DNA of 64,000 bases from NCBI RefSeq assembly GCF_009914755.1, contig NC_060941.1. One strand, 5' to 3'. Of this stretch, positions 31,397-46,223 are shown in pieces; within the stretch, counting starts at the first letter, position 1; the number at the start of each line of letters is the position of its first letter. The notes under the pieces are model-generated. The model was not told the DNA's origin. It saw only the letters and a program-made list of their open reading frames with translations, and ran no database searches. The position numbers and the translations under genes were made by a program. Origin of the DNA: the human T2T-CHM13v2.0 reference genome, Homo sapiens.

Positions 31397-31550
31397 CCCA
31401 AAATTGCTCAAACATTGAAAAACGAGGAATCAAGAAAAGTGTTGCCAGACATATATATCTGAACATACACACACACACACAGACACCAAATTGTTCAAAC
31501 ATTTAAAAAAAGAGGAATCAAGCAAAGTGTTACCAGACATATATATCTGA
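31397..31550. repeat. Imperfect tandem duplication of ~64 bp separated by (CA)n
   Basis: AAATTGCTCAAACATTGAAAAACGAGGAATCAAGAAAAGTGTTGCCAGACATATATATCTGA repeated as AAATTGTTCAAACATTTAAAAAAAGAGGAATCAAGCAAAGTGTTACCAGACATATATATCTGA. Confidence 0.9.
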
Positions 31551-33623
31551 GATATATATATGTCAGATGTATATATATCTGACATGCCTATGTCTATTTA
31601 TTGCCTGGCTTTGCTGAAGAAATCAGTGACATTAAGGAGCTCCCCTGATGATTTTGGCAGTTTCCCTGGGATCTGGTTATGTGCCTGTCATGGGGAAGCA
31701 TCCATCTTTTTGGGGTTGTTAGAGTCCTCAGGATACCAGGCTGTGCCTAGGAAGGGTTGTGGCAGAGGTGTAGAGGGTGGGGTGTGGATCTCCAGGGCTG
31801 TTTGGAGTCCTTCCCTTTTAATTCTCTCAAGGTGACTGTGAATGAAAGGAGAAAGACTGGTTTTGTGTAGGTTAAGCTGGTCTGGTGAGCACCAGAAAGA
31901 TAGGGAAGGTGCCATAATCGTTGCTCCCATGAGGGAGAGAACAGGAATAATAGTGCCTGTGATAATAATAACCTGCTTTAGTCCAGGCTTTTGGTTGGAC
32001 ATTTTAGATATATTTTCCCATTTAATCATCACAAAGCTCTTTTGGGTATTATTTTATTTTTCACAAATGAGGAAATTGAGGCTCATAGAAGTTAGATACT
32101 TGCCCGAAGGAACATAATTGTAAGTTACTGTCTCAGTGTACTGTGCTTCATTAAACAGGCTTGAGAAGGTAATGTGGCATTTAATTTTGTGGCCAAAGAA
32201 TAAATAAGGTGGTCATTGCCCAAAGAGAGAAAAAGAGCTGGCATTATGAGGACACTTGAATTTAAAAAGTGTGGAAGGGATTTGATGAGTATTTTATCAA
32301 CTCCTGACTGGTGGATGATTCTAACAACCTGGAATTGCTAACTTAGGGTGGCTCCCTTTTGATAGTTTCAGAAAGTTGACATAAGGAAATCTGAAAGAAA
32401 TAAACCATCAGGAAATAAATCTTGGGGAACTTGCTCTGAGTACAATGAAAATACAAATTTAGGGTAGGTTTAGATAACGCCTTACATGTTAGAGCCATAA
32501 TGATATACTATGGGTAGCTGTGGTTTAAGGCACATGCCAGAATTTTGAAGTTGGAAGTTTGAAGGTGTCAGACAAATAGACCCTTCATGCTTGTGACAGA
32601 GGAAAGACTTTGTAGCACGGTCTTATGGGCATGACCCAGTAAGGCAGCTCTGATTTTCTTTACATTAGTGTGGGTTCATATTGTAGTTCATAATGCACTT
32701 TCAGCAGTGCAAAAATCCAGAATGTCCAGGGAATCAGAAGCAACTACTGAGGAGATAGGAAACCACTTATGTCCGGCCCCACACCCTCTCTGATTTATAT
32801 TATCAACCTAGAGGAATGGGAATGGAGATAACTACAAAACCTCATAATGGCCATTACACAAGCAAAATTAGATTTAGGCACACTGTTTTCAAACCCTTAA
32901 GATAATATTCTTTATTTAAAAATGACAAAACTAGGACTCAAGTGAAATGACTTCAGTTTCACAGTTGGAACTAGAACTCTGGTCTCCTAACACACTTCAT
33001 TTTGTTTTTTACTTTATCGAACACCATTTGCTTTTTGTTTTTATAAACACTTACACATCCTAAACAGCCGCTTACCTCACTGTATTTGGTAAGAACAGTA
33101 AATTGTAGGTTTCAAGTTATGGCCACATAAAAGATCTTAAAATTGAGGTAAGAGGGTGAGAATGAGGGGCAAATGTGGGAATGAGGGTAGGAGATACGTA
33201 GAGAGAAAAAGGAGGAGGAAAAACCCTCATGTAGCTTTATTTCTTTTATAGGCTTACTAGCATTCTGTCCTATGCATTTTGATATTGATTCATCAGTGTC
33301 AAGAATTAAGAATTTAAATTCTTAAATAAATATTATTCTTGATATTTATTCTAAGATTTAATTAAACTTGCCTGGGGCCAGGAAAAATGAAAAAGACTCA
33401 AATTTACCCCTACTTGTAATGGGGAAAATATAAATGGAGGATCATGTCAAATTAAGCCCCAGGGTACAGATAGTTCACCCAGATATAAAAAAGTGAGGCA
33501 CACACGACTTAAAATGTAACCAGTTAACTATCAACAGGTTCAACGGATTATCTAGTACCTCCAGAGATAGGACTTAAAGTAAGTGAATAGGAAGTCAGAA
33601 TTTCGGAGACAAGGGAGACTTCA

Positions 33624-33920
<297 letters not shown>

Positions 33921-36247
33921 AAAATTGAACATATGTGAGTGAATACTAGTGAATATTATATCATAACTAAGAACTTGCATTTTGTAAAGTTGAGGATATT
34001 GGAAGTTTTCCTCATTTTTCCTTCCCACCATCTTTCTCTTGTGCAAGACTGTTGCTTGTCCCCTTTGCCCATCCTTACCCTTTGAGTATGAGCTAGTGGA
34101 GCTATTTGGTACTTTCCCAAATCTGCACTATAAGCACTAACTTTCTGACTTTTGCAGGTCTTAAAGATTTAGACAGACTAACTAAAAACGCTTCTTCCCT
34201 AATTTAATAATGTTAAGAAAGTTACAGAATTGCTAAAGAAAAGGTGAGCCAGTGTGTTCCAGTTAATTTAGACCTTGCTTGTCAGTGGACTCTGGGCGAG
34301 TTACCAAGTATTTTCTTAGTGAGAAATAATGTGGAGAGATGGATGTTTGGATGAGACCCCAGAATTCGTTCACCTGGTCACTTCATAATTAGATACAAAG
34401 AACAAGTCTATACTTATGCTTTGAACATTTTAATCCCCTTCCCACCTCCTTTGTAGCTACTTATATAGATTCTGTACTGGTGACAGAATTTCAGGTTTTG
34501 AGAATTTTTTAACACTTAAACTGGCGCTTAGCTTTTAATGTGTTAGAGCAATCATTGGCGACATTCTGTCATTCTCAGTCACATATACCTTAAAATTTTT
34601 AATATATTATACACTTATTAAGCAATGTAACTTTTTTTTACACAACCTTACATATAGATCCAACTGATTTCTTTTTCATATACCTTACAAATTTGTTTTC
34701 TTGCTCCTTTCGCCATCCATATTACTATTTTGTTCACCTCTTCTCTCTCCTTTTCACCTCTTTCTTTTTGCTACCTAGTAACAGTCAATCAGGGTATTTT
34801 GCTTTAAAGTTGTTTGTTTCCCAGCCTCCTCTCCAGTTGTAGTAGAAGGTGAGTTTTACCTTCCCTTTTCCAGTGGGATGCGGGGAAGACTTGCCTGCTA
34901 CTTCCAGAGAACCCTTTTCTTCCTGAATGTAGTCAGCTCATTTTGCGTGGTAGGAGGCCAGTGGCTTTTAGTTGCTTAGGCTTGTAAGACCCATACATCT
35001 CTGTTTTTCTTTCTGAATTCTGTTCCCACTGCACATTTGGTGGGGTAGCATATTGACCTTCAGTGGTAGAGAGACCAGGGTCAGACCTTCTAGGTTTGCC
35101 CTAGTACTTCTTTCCCATGAAGTCTCCATTCTCACTTCTTCCTGCATTGTCATTTCTATGATAAGGTAGTCAGCAGTGGATTACTTCGGTGGTGCACCAA
35201 AGACACTTTTCATGTCAAAGTAGCTACATTAGCATTTTTCAGTTTTTGTACTTTATAGATGGCATCTTCTTAGAATCCTAAGAATTTTGATAACTGGATA
35301 GGAAAGACTACTTAACTATCCTTTCTTCAGTCCTGGCTCTTTTTTCTGCGTGTTTTGATTGAATTTGTTTAAACACAAAGTTATTGTAAGCTTACTTCCT
35401 TCATTTTGTTCCCCAAAACACAAGCGTAGATAGACCACTAACAAAACCAGATATCCATCCACTCACTAAACTAGGGGTGAAAGAATATTTTGTGAAGGCT
35501 TTTGTTTTAATTGGCTTACTTTACTGGATGCATCTTATCAAAAATTATATCTGTATACAGTGTATACATAAGGTGTAACCAGATCCAACTGGATTTGAAA
35601 ATGTGTTTAGGTTTCTAAGGGGAATTCACAGGTTTTCTTCTTGTAACTTCTAAAGTACTCAGCTTTCTCATTCCTAGGGACACTATCTTATTTTTTCAGG
35701 CCTATTTTAGAAGAATTTCAGCCCCTCTTCAGCAGTTCATTGTCTTATTGTTTGAAGTTAGCTAATTTACTAGGAAATGTTTTATGTGTGTGTAAGTTTC
35801 ACAATTTATGAACTGCTAAAACTTTTGCATCATAGATGGTAATTAATCATGGGTAACTCTAAATCAGTAATTTAAGTTAGTTAAGTAACTCATTCTGTAT
35901 TTGTAGGTTGAAAACATTGAAAAAATGGACAGAACTATCTTAAAGGTTACTGTTAACTTCTAAGGGCTTGTAGTTCTTTTTATTAAATATATATGAAAAA
36001 TAAAGATTAAGACTGCAACACAATTTAAACTTGATTTCAGTTTCATGTAATGTATTACATCTACATCTGACAGAGCTAAGTTTTTTAAGAAAGCTCATGT
36101 GTTATTGTCTCTGGTGGGGGTAATGTGATTTGACCTGTTCTTGAATTAGTTTTATTCAAAATTTAATATAAAAATGCAATGTCATGTTCCAATTTTGGTT
36201 TGTTTGATTTACAGTAAATGAACTGGAACTTATCTTTTTTACTTTAG

Positions 36248-36280
36248 GCTTTCAGATAAACTTCTGTGAAAAGGCACAAA
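36248..36280 (+). CDS. MAP2K4: MAP2K4 33-nt alternative in-frame microexon, turning G39 into GFQINFCEKAQS
   Basis: Acceptor TCTTTTTTACTTTAG|, donor AAA|GTAAGC; phase 1-1 with no stop; matches the longer MKK4 isoform insert as I recall it. Confidence 0.88.
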
Positions 36281-36834
36281 GTAAGCTACAAATTTTATGA
36301 TATTATGCTATTTATTTTTTTCATATCCATCTTGGTATTGGGAATGTGTCCACTATTGTTTCAGCTAACCAGCCATGGCAATTTTACATTCAAAGAGCTA
36401 CCATTTTTCATTCTTCTTCCAAATATTAAAAAAATTATATTCTTGATTGTAAATTGTACTTTTTTCACTTGAAATTGAAATAGCAAAATATGTATAGGTA
36501 TTTAGATGTATATAATATGGAAATACGTATTTAGGTATAGAAAAGTATATATAGGTATTCAGACTTAACCCTAATTTAAATTACAAGTAGAAGAGAATTC
36601 ACTTTTAAGATCGTGGTGCAGAAAGTATAGAGTTATATTCAGACATCTTATGCTTTAAGATTGAATTATTATAAACCATACATTGAATATATTTTTAATT
36701 TTTTTCTTTAAAACAAAACAGTGTTTTTCTTCTGCCTCCCTCACCATCCTTATTCTGTATTAGGACACTAGTCTTCATATAATACAAAACAGACTTTCTA
36801 TATCAAAAAAAAAGTTATAAACCTTGTATTTTAT

Positions 36835-37117
36835 TTATTGAGACAGGGTCCCACTCTGTTGTCCAGGCTGGAGTGCAGTGGTGCAATCATAGTTCACTGC
36901 AGCCTTGACCTCCCTCAAGCGATCCTCCTGTCTCAGCCTCCTGAGTAACTGGGACTGCAGGTGCATGCCACCATGCCTGACTGACTTTAAACTTTTTTGT
37001 AGAGACAGGGTCTCACTTTGTTGCCTAGGCTAGTCTCAAACTCCTGGGCTCAAGAGATCCTCCTTTCTTGGCCTCCCAAAATGCCAAGATTACAGGTGTG
37101 AGCGACTGTACCCGGCC
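36835..37117 (-). mobile_element. AluJ-like
   Basis: GAGACAGGGTC...CACTGCAGCCTTGACCTCC...CTCCTGGGCTCAAG. Confidence 0.9.
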
Positions 37118-37809
37118 AAAAAAAAAATGCATTTAAGCTTAAATGTCATCTGTATCAAGTACAGTTAAAAAAATCTCATCTCAAGGAGACTACTCTCCAG
37201 TTAACATAAAAATATACCAAAATATGATATAAGTCGTTTTGTCTTCTGCTTTTTATTCATGAACTGGAGAAGAATGATGCTTTGATATGTGTCATTCTTA
37301 AGTACATTGATTCAAAGGCAAAAAAAATTAACCTGGAAAAAACATTTCTGCTATGTTTAAATTTTTTTTTGGAATGAGAATGCATAGTTTCCACTGATTG
37401 ATTGTTATGACTACTTTGAAATGTAGTTAGCAAAAATTTATTTCTTGAATGGTTCACCCACAATGTAACTGTATATAAATAATAGAGATCAAGCAGTTAG
37501 ACCCTAGGATAAAAGTTTTTTTAATTGGTTCATTACTGTTATGTCTCCCTTGCCTTAAATAACTGACTAAAAGTAATATATGATTTCCTGCTCATAGTGA
37601 ACCTTTATATATGATATATATCTATATGAAATGAAGTTACAACTTCTGTTTTATGCTTTTAATTTTGACACATTCACTGTGATAATTTTTAGCTTTGACT
37701 TTTCAAAATGTCTGCTTAATATTTAGCATGACAACGTTTAGCTTTTATTTGTATTTTGACCTAAAATCTAATTAATGAAAAAAAAAGGCTGTCTTCTATT
37801 TTTGTTCAT

Positions 37810-38069
37810 TTCGGAGACAGAGTCTCACTGTGTTTCCCAAGTTGGAGCCCAGCCTCCAATTCCTGGGTTCAAGTGATCTTCCCACCTCAGCCTCCCAAGC
37901 AGCTGGGACTACAGGTATATGCCACCACACCCAGCTCATTTTAAAATTTTTTTGTAGAAATGGAATCTTGCTATGTTGCCCAGGCTGGTCTCGAACTCCT
38001 GGCTTTAAGCAGTCCCACTTCAGCCTCCCAGAGTGCTGAGATTACAGGCATGAGCTACCACACCTGGCC
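37810..38069 (-). mobile_element. AluJ-like, partly deleted
   Basis: Antisense Alu consensus. Confidence 0.88.
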
Positions 38070-39217
38070 TGACTTTTTAAAAATTTTAAGTTGTACTCAC
38101 ATTATTGTTCTTTTATTTAACCTAGTTCTATTGTAGATATAAAACAAGAGAAACATTGATTATAGTAAAATTGTATATACAGTGTCTATAAGTAGCTTTG
38201 TATGTGGATTAAAAATGCTTTTGAATCTTCTAAATGGCTCTGTTTTTGTCATTATAGAAATGATAGGTTTGCAGTGCGGCCTGCTTTGATACATATGGAA
38301 GAATTTAACAATGGAGGCTGGGACAGCGGAACCTGTTAGAACTTAATTATGTGGTGGAGGGGCATATGTATTCCCACTTTGATTATTCACCTTGATTGCC
38401 CTCACTGTCTCTTTACACTGTGGCTACTTTCTGCTGGCTTTTCACATCTCTCTTTTTATTTCTGCCTCTTCCCATTGGAAGGCTCCTCTTTATTTTCCAG
38501 TTTTGGGATTCAACACAGTTATTTATATACATTCACGAAATCACATATTGGACACCTAGAAACCATACAGTAAGCGAGATTCTTGGTACAGAAATGAATG
38601 GAATAGGCCCCTGCCGTTAGCAAGCTCATAGTTTAGTGGACTAGAGTTGATCCTACATTGATTACATAAGTGTTCAACCACCGATGTTACATACTAATTG
38701 ATTTTTAACTGGAACCAGGGTGAGGATGGTGCAGGAGTGGATCTGTCCTGGTCACCTTTGCTCCTGCTGTTCTCTCATGAGAGAGAATGAGCATAAAGGG
38801 TGCTGAGAGTCTCATGATAACTGCTTTCTTGATTGGACACTGTGTCTTAGGGATCCAACAATGGGCCTACCCTGCTTTGGAGTTAAGCAGATGTGTCTGT
38901 GCTGGCTCAGACCTCAGTGAAAGACTCAGGGAATGGGAGTGCACACATCAGGGAGGGGAGCTGGAGACTTGGTAGAGATGGCTAGCCCTAAATTGACAGT
39001 ATTTATTTTTGTACTATCAGTACCTATATTTTAGTATAAGTTCTCAGTTGCTTACATATATTAGCACTTCTTCTAAATCTGGTCCTGTGATTTGCATGAC
39101 TTAAAAAATTAGAAGTGCAAATCTGTAATGTTTGCAGACAATCTGCTGGTTTGCTCTGGAATATAGACATTAACTTTATGGTAAAAGTGGTCACACTTTT
39201 CTTTAAAATTGGGCTTG

Positions 39218-39548
39218 GGCTGGGCACGGTGGCTCATGCCTGTAATCCCAGCACTTCGGGAGGCCACGGCGGGCAGATCACCTGAGGTTGGGAGTTCAAG
39301 ACCAGCCAGACCAACATGGAGAAACCCCGCCTCTACTAAAAATACAAAATTAGCTGGGCGTGGTGGCACACGCCTGTAATCCTAGCTATTTGGGAGGCTG
39401 AGGCAGGAGAATCGCTGAACCTGGGAGGCAGAGGTTGCAGTGAGCCGAGATTGTGCCATGGCACTCCAGCCTGGTCAACAAGAACAAAACTCCGTCTCAA
39501 AATAAATAAATAAATAACTCCATATCAAAATAAATAAAATAAAAATAA
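39218..39548 (+). mobile_element. Alu (Sp-like)
   Basis: ACCAACATGGAGAAACCCC; (TAAA)n tail. Confidence 0.93.
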
Positions 39549-42500
39549 AGGCTTGAAATCATCAAAGGACTGATTTCTCCACTGTTGGGGCACACTTATT
39601 TCTAGAATCTCCACTTTTATTCTAAGGATATTTCAGAATTATCAGATAAACTTATGTTTAATTTATTAAAAAGAATTATGTATCATACAGTAGTTGTAGG
39701 AGGGTATGGGGCAAAGAGCATGAAATTAGATATCATTCAAGTCTGATAAGTCTGAGTACTGGCTGCTTCAAATGCTCAAATCTATCACAAATAAAAAAGA
39801 TTTATTGTAAGATGATTCTGATGACTAATGGAAGCTCTGAAGGATTAATTTTTTTCATTGACTTTCACATAGTTTTTGCTCTTTATATTGCTATGTCACT
39901 CTCTTTTAATCACTTTATTACAGTTGCCTGTTACAAGTCAGTGGAGTTTTATTGGAGATGTGTGTGTGTGTGTTTACATGCACAAATAGCGATTACATAT
40001 TTAATTTGGGAAACATCTCTGTAGAAATTCAATAAAAATTCACTCTGCTCCTCACAGTCTTCCTTTTATAGATTATAGTTCATGCATTTATCTATTCTTC
40101 AGTTTATTTTCTAAATATAAGTTTATTTTAGATAAAATAAACTTCAAGTTACATTTATTTAAGACCATAGTGTCATGTTTCCTTTAATACTGTTGGATCA
40201 TTGAATTTTTCTGAAGTCTGAATGTAAGAACACTTTAGGGAAAAAATATTTTTCCATTTGTAAATGTAGAGTTATAAGTGTAGAGGTCCTGCCTTAGAAG
40301 GTTGATTAATTTATCTGTTATTTGAAGATAATGTTTTTGTACATGTAAAGGTATTTATATAATTTATGACCGTATCTCACTGACTTTAATGAGCTAACCT
40401 GTGAACATAGTTGTTTAGAATATGACTTACTTGCTTTATAAAACCATTTTTTCATTTTTTATTTTTCGAGGAGGGATGAGGATTTGCCTGAAAACATTTT
40501 TTTCTCACAAGCTGCCCAACTACCAAAAAAATCATTCTTCCAAAACCTCCTGATGTTGATTCCTCATGAAGAGCAGTTGAGTTGCCCAATGTGTGCCACT
40601 CATGACAGAAGCCCCCTTTTTTAGAAACACAGTTTTTAAGAAATGCTTTTATGAAGTTGAATTTACCTTAGTGTTGTCAGCATTCTAATTTTTTTTTTTT
40701 CAGATGAGAATCGTGACTCATTTAAAGATCTTTGGGCATAGGAATTTTCCTCAGAAAATGCCTAACCGAATTGTGTGCTAATCAGAGTGATAGTAGCTAG
40801 GCGTTTGGCAAATACTCTTCTGATAATTTATTTTTCACACAAAGGTGCTTTTAGCTCTTTATCACTATCCTCCCCCCCGCCACCTTTTTTTTTGTAGCTG
40901 TAGTATATTATCAGTTCATGGCCGAAGAGTTCTGGAGCTCTAAATATTTTGGGTAGTGTTAAGTTTCTGTAGCTTTGTCTTTTACGTTTTTGGTGGCGTT
41001 AAAAACTTTGTGCTTTTAAAAAATGATTTAACTTGGAAGTGTTTACATAGCAACAGGATATTTATTTAGAAGATTAGATGCTCCAGAGCTATTATTCTGG
41101 ATGCTACGAATTGAAATTAGAGTACAGGTGGCGGTGGTTTTTGGTGGCACTGCACATCAGTATATTTGGAGGAAAAAAAGGAGGCATCCTGGAGACTGAT
41201 TTTATAAGTATCCCTAATTGTTTTTTAAATTGGTAATAATAAAAAGGAAACCATAAAGAGGAAGAAGGATGTTTTGTGAATCTTCCAAGAAATTTGGGAA
41301 AGATACTAAGTTTACTGACCTGCTAAGAAGTGTCTGTAAATGATGATGTTTTGACTTTATTGGAGTGGACTATAGGAAAACAGGAAAAGCAAGGAGCAAA
41401 GGGAAGGTTAAGTTGTTCTGCATTTAAAACTAAGAACTTAGAAAATTCAGCTGGTTAAATTTCTGATTCCTCGTTTTATGTAGCAAAAGTCTGCAGCCAG
41501 TGACAAAAATTATATAATTTGGAAATTATTAAATTCAACTGAGTTTGTCAGCAATCCTAAGAAACAAAATGTCATTTACTGCTCTTGGAGGTTTATACAG
41601 TTTATATAAGTTTATATATATATAGTTAATGAAGTTAGTTGAAAAATGAGACTTGTAGGATTAGCCGTAAGCCAGACTAACATCTAATATTTATTACCAT
41701 TTGTGGGGACCATGATAAATTGTCAATGGGAAGTCCATCTGCTTGGAAAAAAGTTTTTATATTAGTTAAAGCCCAGGAATTGTAGAAGTAGAAGTGGTAT
41801 ATTCCAGAGTCAGGATTCACCTATTCCTCTCATACTTTATGCTTATACCTTATACCATTACAAAGGGAATGTTGCTTAGTTGTCTTTGACCTTGGAAATG
41901 GTGGGAACATGAATTTGTCCTGAAAATGCTTTTTGTTGCTAGGAGAAGGAAGGTTTCTAACAGCTATTGCACCTTAAAATAATTTGGGGATGCTTAATGT
42001 GTGACATTTTTGATAAGAAAATAATTAGTGACTTTCCCACATTGCAGAAAGTTTTCATTTATATGCCACTTGAACTTTACTACTAGCAACAAAGGGATGT
42101 TGACAGAACTTTCAGAGTTGAACAGATACAGAGTAGAAATGATATGGAATGTTTCCAGAGTGTATTCCCAACTGAATCCAGTTAAAGTGGTTTTCAATTT
42201 AGCTCATACATTTAGGGTGATGGTTTTCAGATAAGGTGTAGTAAATATTTGGATTGTCACTACATGGTTTTATGAGATCCGAATCTAGGCAAAAATGTAC
42301 AGTTAATAAGATGCACTAAGAAAAAGTTGTGACTTCCATCTTGGTGTTCATTTTCCCTGGGTAGAAATGCCAAATGAACGTTAATCAGAAAGGAAAATCA
42401 AGTGCGTACGAACATATTCACTCCCCTTTAGAGAAGCTCTTACAAGGATAAGGAAAGAGAGGTACAAATGTTAACAGTTAACAAATGTGTATCTATATAT

Positions 42501-42619
42501 ACCTTCGACAGATAAAGATATTACCAATGATAAGAAGCACTGGGATCCTTAAAGATGAATTAAATCTAGAGCCTACTCTGAAGAAGTGTATGTTCTTTGA
42601 GAGATTGAGCATATATAGG

Positions 42620-42805
42620 AGCTATGTGGTAGAAATAATAACTCTTAATGTGTGTCAAATCCTGCTCTAAGCACTTTATATTAACTCCTTTAATTCTCAC
42701 AGCAGCCTTATGAAGTAGGTATAATAGTTAATATAGATGAGGAAACTGAAGCACAGAGAGGTTAAATAAAATTTCCAAAGTCATATAGCTAATAAGGGGC
42801 AGAAC
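42620..42805 (-). mobile_element. MIR
   Basis: TTTAATTCTCACAGCAGCCTTATGAAGTAGG...AGATGAGGAAACTGAAGCACAGAGAGGTTAA. Confidence 0.75.
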
Positions 42806-43364
42806 TGTGTGACCTTGGTCTGGTCACAGTTTACACGTTGTAAACCTTAGTGTTTTACTAATTCTTGAAAGCAGTTGGCGCTTATAGGAATGATTTTCTA
42901 AATCAAATGGCTTTTGAGGAGTCCTCATTTGCACTAGGTTATGAGATCTGGACCTACCATTTGTATCTTGGTAAGCCATTTGTAAGGCTTATCAAGGTTA
43001 TCCAGTAAGCCTTACTGAACATTAAAGTAGAAAGATTCGTGTTGCTATGAAGTTAGGAACACAGGGGATCTACCACTAGGGAAAACGATGTTTAGTGAAA
43101 ACCTAAAACTCTCCTGGCCTAGACAGATACAAGGAATAAATTGCTCCAGGATTCTGAAATGACTTATATGCCTGGGTACAGCTGGAGAAGATTAGTAGGT
43201 CAGGAGACCTGTGAAGTCAGTGGACAAGGTGGCACAGCCATGAACTTTGTGAGGACAGACTGTGTACAGACTGTCATAAGAACAAACTGATGCTTTTAGC
43301 AAAATTTTTATGCATCCCCACCCCACTTTCTTTTTGGCAGGGTTAGAAGAAAGATTTAATTTTT

Positions 43365-44130
43365 GAAAACTTTTAATAGTAGAAAATTTCAAACATACAC
43401 AAAAATAGAGTAGTGTAATGAACCCCCATGTACCCATTATATAGCATCAGCAATTACCAACATATAGCCAATCTTATTCTTCTTCCCTCCAGCTATCTCT
43501 GCTGAAATACTTTAAAGCAAATTCTGATGATCATTATTTTATCCACATAAATGTGTTACATGTCTTCTAAGTGATAAGGACTCTTAAGTACATAACCTTG
43601 ATACAATTATCTTACCATTAAATGAACAAAACAATATTACTAGATAGCTACTCAATGTTCACATTTCCCCAAAAGCCTTGTAAATGCTTTATTTACAGTT
43701 AATTTGTTCAAGTTGAGACCTCAGCAAGGTATGTGCACACATTGTGTTTGGTTGATATGTCTCTTAAGTTTCTTTAAGTCTGTGGTAATTCCCTCTTCTC
43801 TCTTTTCCTTACCATTTTTTTTGTTTAAAAAATTGGTTAATTTATTTTGTAGCATTTTGTATATTTTGAATTTAGCTGATTGCATCCTTTTAGTGTTTAA
43901 CATGTTCCTTCATGCCCTGTTATTTACCTTTAACTGGTAGTTACAGAAACTTGATCAGACTTTTGGCAAGAACACTTACTTCATAGACGGTGTTGTGTGC
44001 TTCACATCACATCCAGGTGTGTTGTTGTATCACATCAGGAGGCATATGATTTCTTGCTGGAGCTCTTGTTAAGATAAACCAATGGGCTTAGGTGCTGCCA
44101 GTGTGATCCATATAGTGTAAAGTTCTCCGT
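43365..44130 (-). mobile_element. Old L1ME/MC 3'-end relic
   Basis: GAAAATTTCAAACATACACAAAAATAGAG...TAATGAACCCCCATGTACCCA. Confidence 0.65.
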
Positions 44131-45872
44131 CAGCCTTTCATCTGGTAGTTCTGGCCCATTAACTTTGCCTACATTAATTATTTTCTTAGGAAGAGGTTGA
44201 CTCTCATTTTCAGACATATGTGGGCTTTGCAGATAGTAGTTGTATCCAGCCAAAAAAAGACAAAATTTGTGTTTGGGGCATACGACTGAAAGCAAATTAT
44301 AGTTAAGCCTTGGTCATCTCTGACTTAACTATGCCAGTACTGAAGGATATGAAAGTGTATTTATATGCACACATATGATATACAAACATTTATTGGGATG
44401 CTCTGTATTTTGATAGAATAAAAACTGGATACTTGTCCTTTCTACCCTGGAACATGAGTTGACCCGTTCATTAGGGCTCATTAATCTTTGCAGATAATCA
44501 AAAGCCACGTCAAGTAATAAGACGTTCTCTGGTGAAGTTGAGGAGCCAATGGTTAGACAAGACTAGTCCTGCCAAATTAAGATCAATCCCACATCAGAGC
44601 CCAGCTTTTAAAATTTGTGTTCAGTGCTTAGAATGCTCAGATCCTTCAGGGCATTGCCTTCCCAATACTTGGGAATCAGATTGAGTCATCAAAAGTCAGT
44701 TTGGTGAGGATTAGAAGTGAGTAAGAGTTCTCATCCAAGATTTAATAATAAAAATCTGATGACCTACTTGTGTTTTAATTAGTAATGACCTTTTAATGAC
44801 CAGTGTATTGTTGTCCAGTTGGTGTCATTTACCCTTTAGCAGTAATAATTTCTTAACCAGCTTTCCTTTTTTCCTATTCCTGTTCCATCATCTAACTTTA
44901 ACTAAATTATTAAAGTCTCTCTCTCATAATGTTCTACAACTAATTTGCTCTTTTGATTTTCTTTTTGGGTCTTTGTAAGTAACAAATTAGAAACATTTCA
45001 GTCGAGATTCTCTCATGTACTGTATACACATGAAGTAGATAGAATGCAGCATATCTTCTTTGAGTGCCATTCACGCTCTTGATTATTCTTAATTTAGTCC
45101 AACCTTTTAAAACTTTCAATTTGTAGAATACATTTATGGGCAGCAAATAGTTTTTTATTGTGTCCACTAGGAAATAAAAGTGTCATTCACGTGTTAATAT
45201 TTTTGAAATTGGGAGTTATTTAATGAGGGTCAAAAGAAGCCATTTGGATGGGAAGAGGAGTATAATATTGCTAATTATTACAGTATTACCTTTGTGTGGA
45301 AGATGCCTGCTCATTTTCTACCTTTGTTATTTGCTTTTGTAGTGACATAGTTGGATTTTAATTTAAATTTGACTGTGAATTGTTACCTAACATTTCTTAA
45401 AAATGATTATATAGTGAAATGCAGTGCTGAAATGGAAAGTTGGTGGAGTATACAAAAGATCGCCACGTCTTATGACTCATGGCAGTTAAAAATGCCACAT
45501 ATCGTTTTCAAAGCCAGAAGATGTCTGACTAATTTTTGTGTCATGAAATTCTATTGTTAGCATTTTTCTACTAAAAGCTTCTGGTAACTTTTTCAGAGAA
45601 CCTGCATAACATCCAGTTATACATATTTTGATTAATGAGGAAAAAAAAGAAACAACAAATTGGACCCATCAGGAAATACAGATAAAACACCCTATTGTGT
45701 CTCTTAGTGAAACTGTTTGTCCTAAAGATGTTAAATCAAACATTTGAGCTTCGATTCCTTATTTATTGAAGAAATATTTGAGTTCCTATTAAATGACAGG
45801 TGCTGTTACGAAAAGAACTGAGTTGTCGGACTCATTAGAATGTTCTGTCTGATTTCCAATGGTCAGAAGTCA

Positions 45873-46223
<351 letters not shown>

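Noticed and set aside
38771-38784. 14-bp palindrome TCTCTCATGAGAGA
   Set aside because: Several such palindromes are expected by chance in 64 kb
40680-40850. Acceptor-like CTAAT-polyT-CAG at ~40703
   Set aside because: No convincing downstream donor within exon distance
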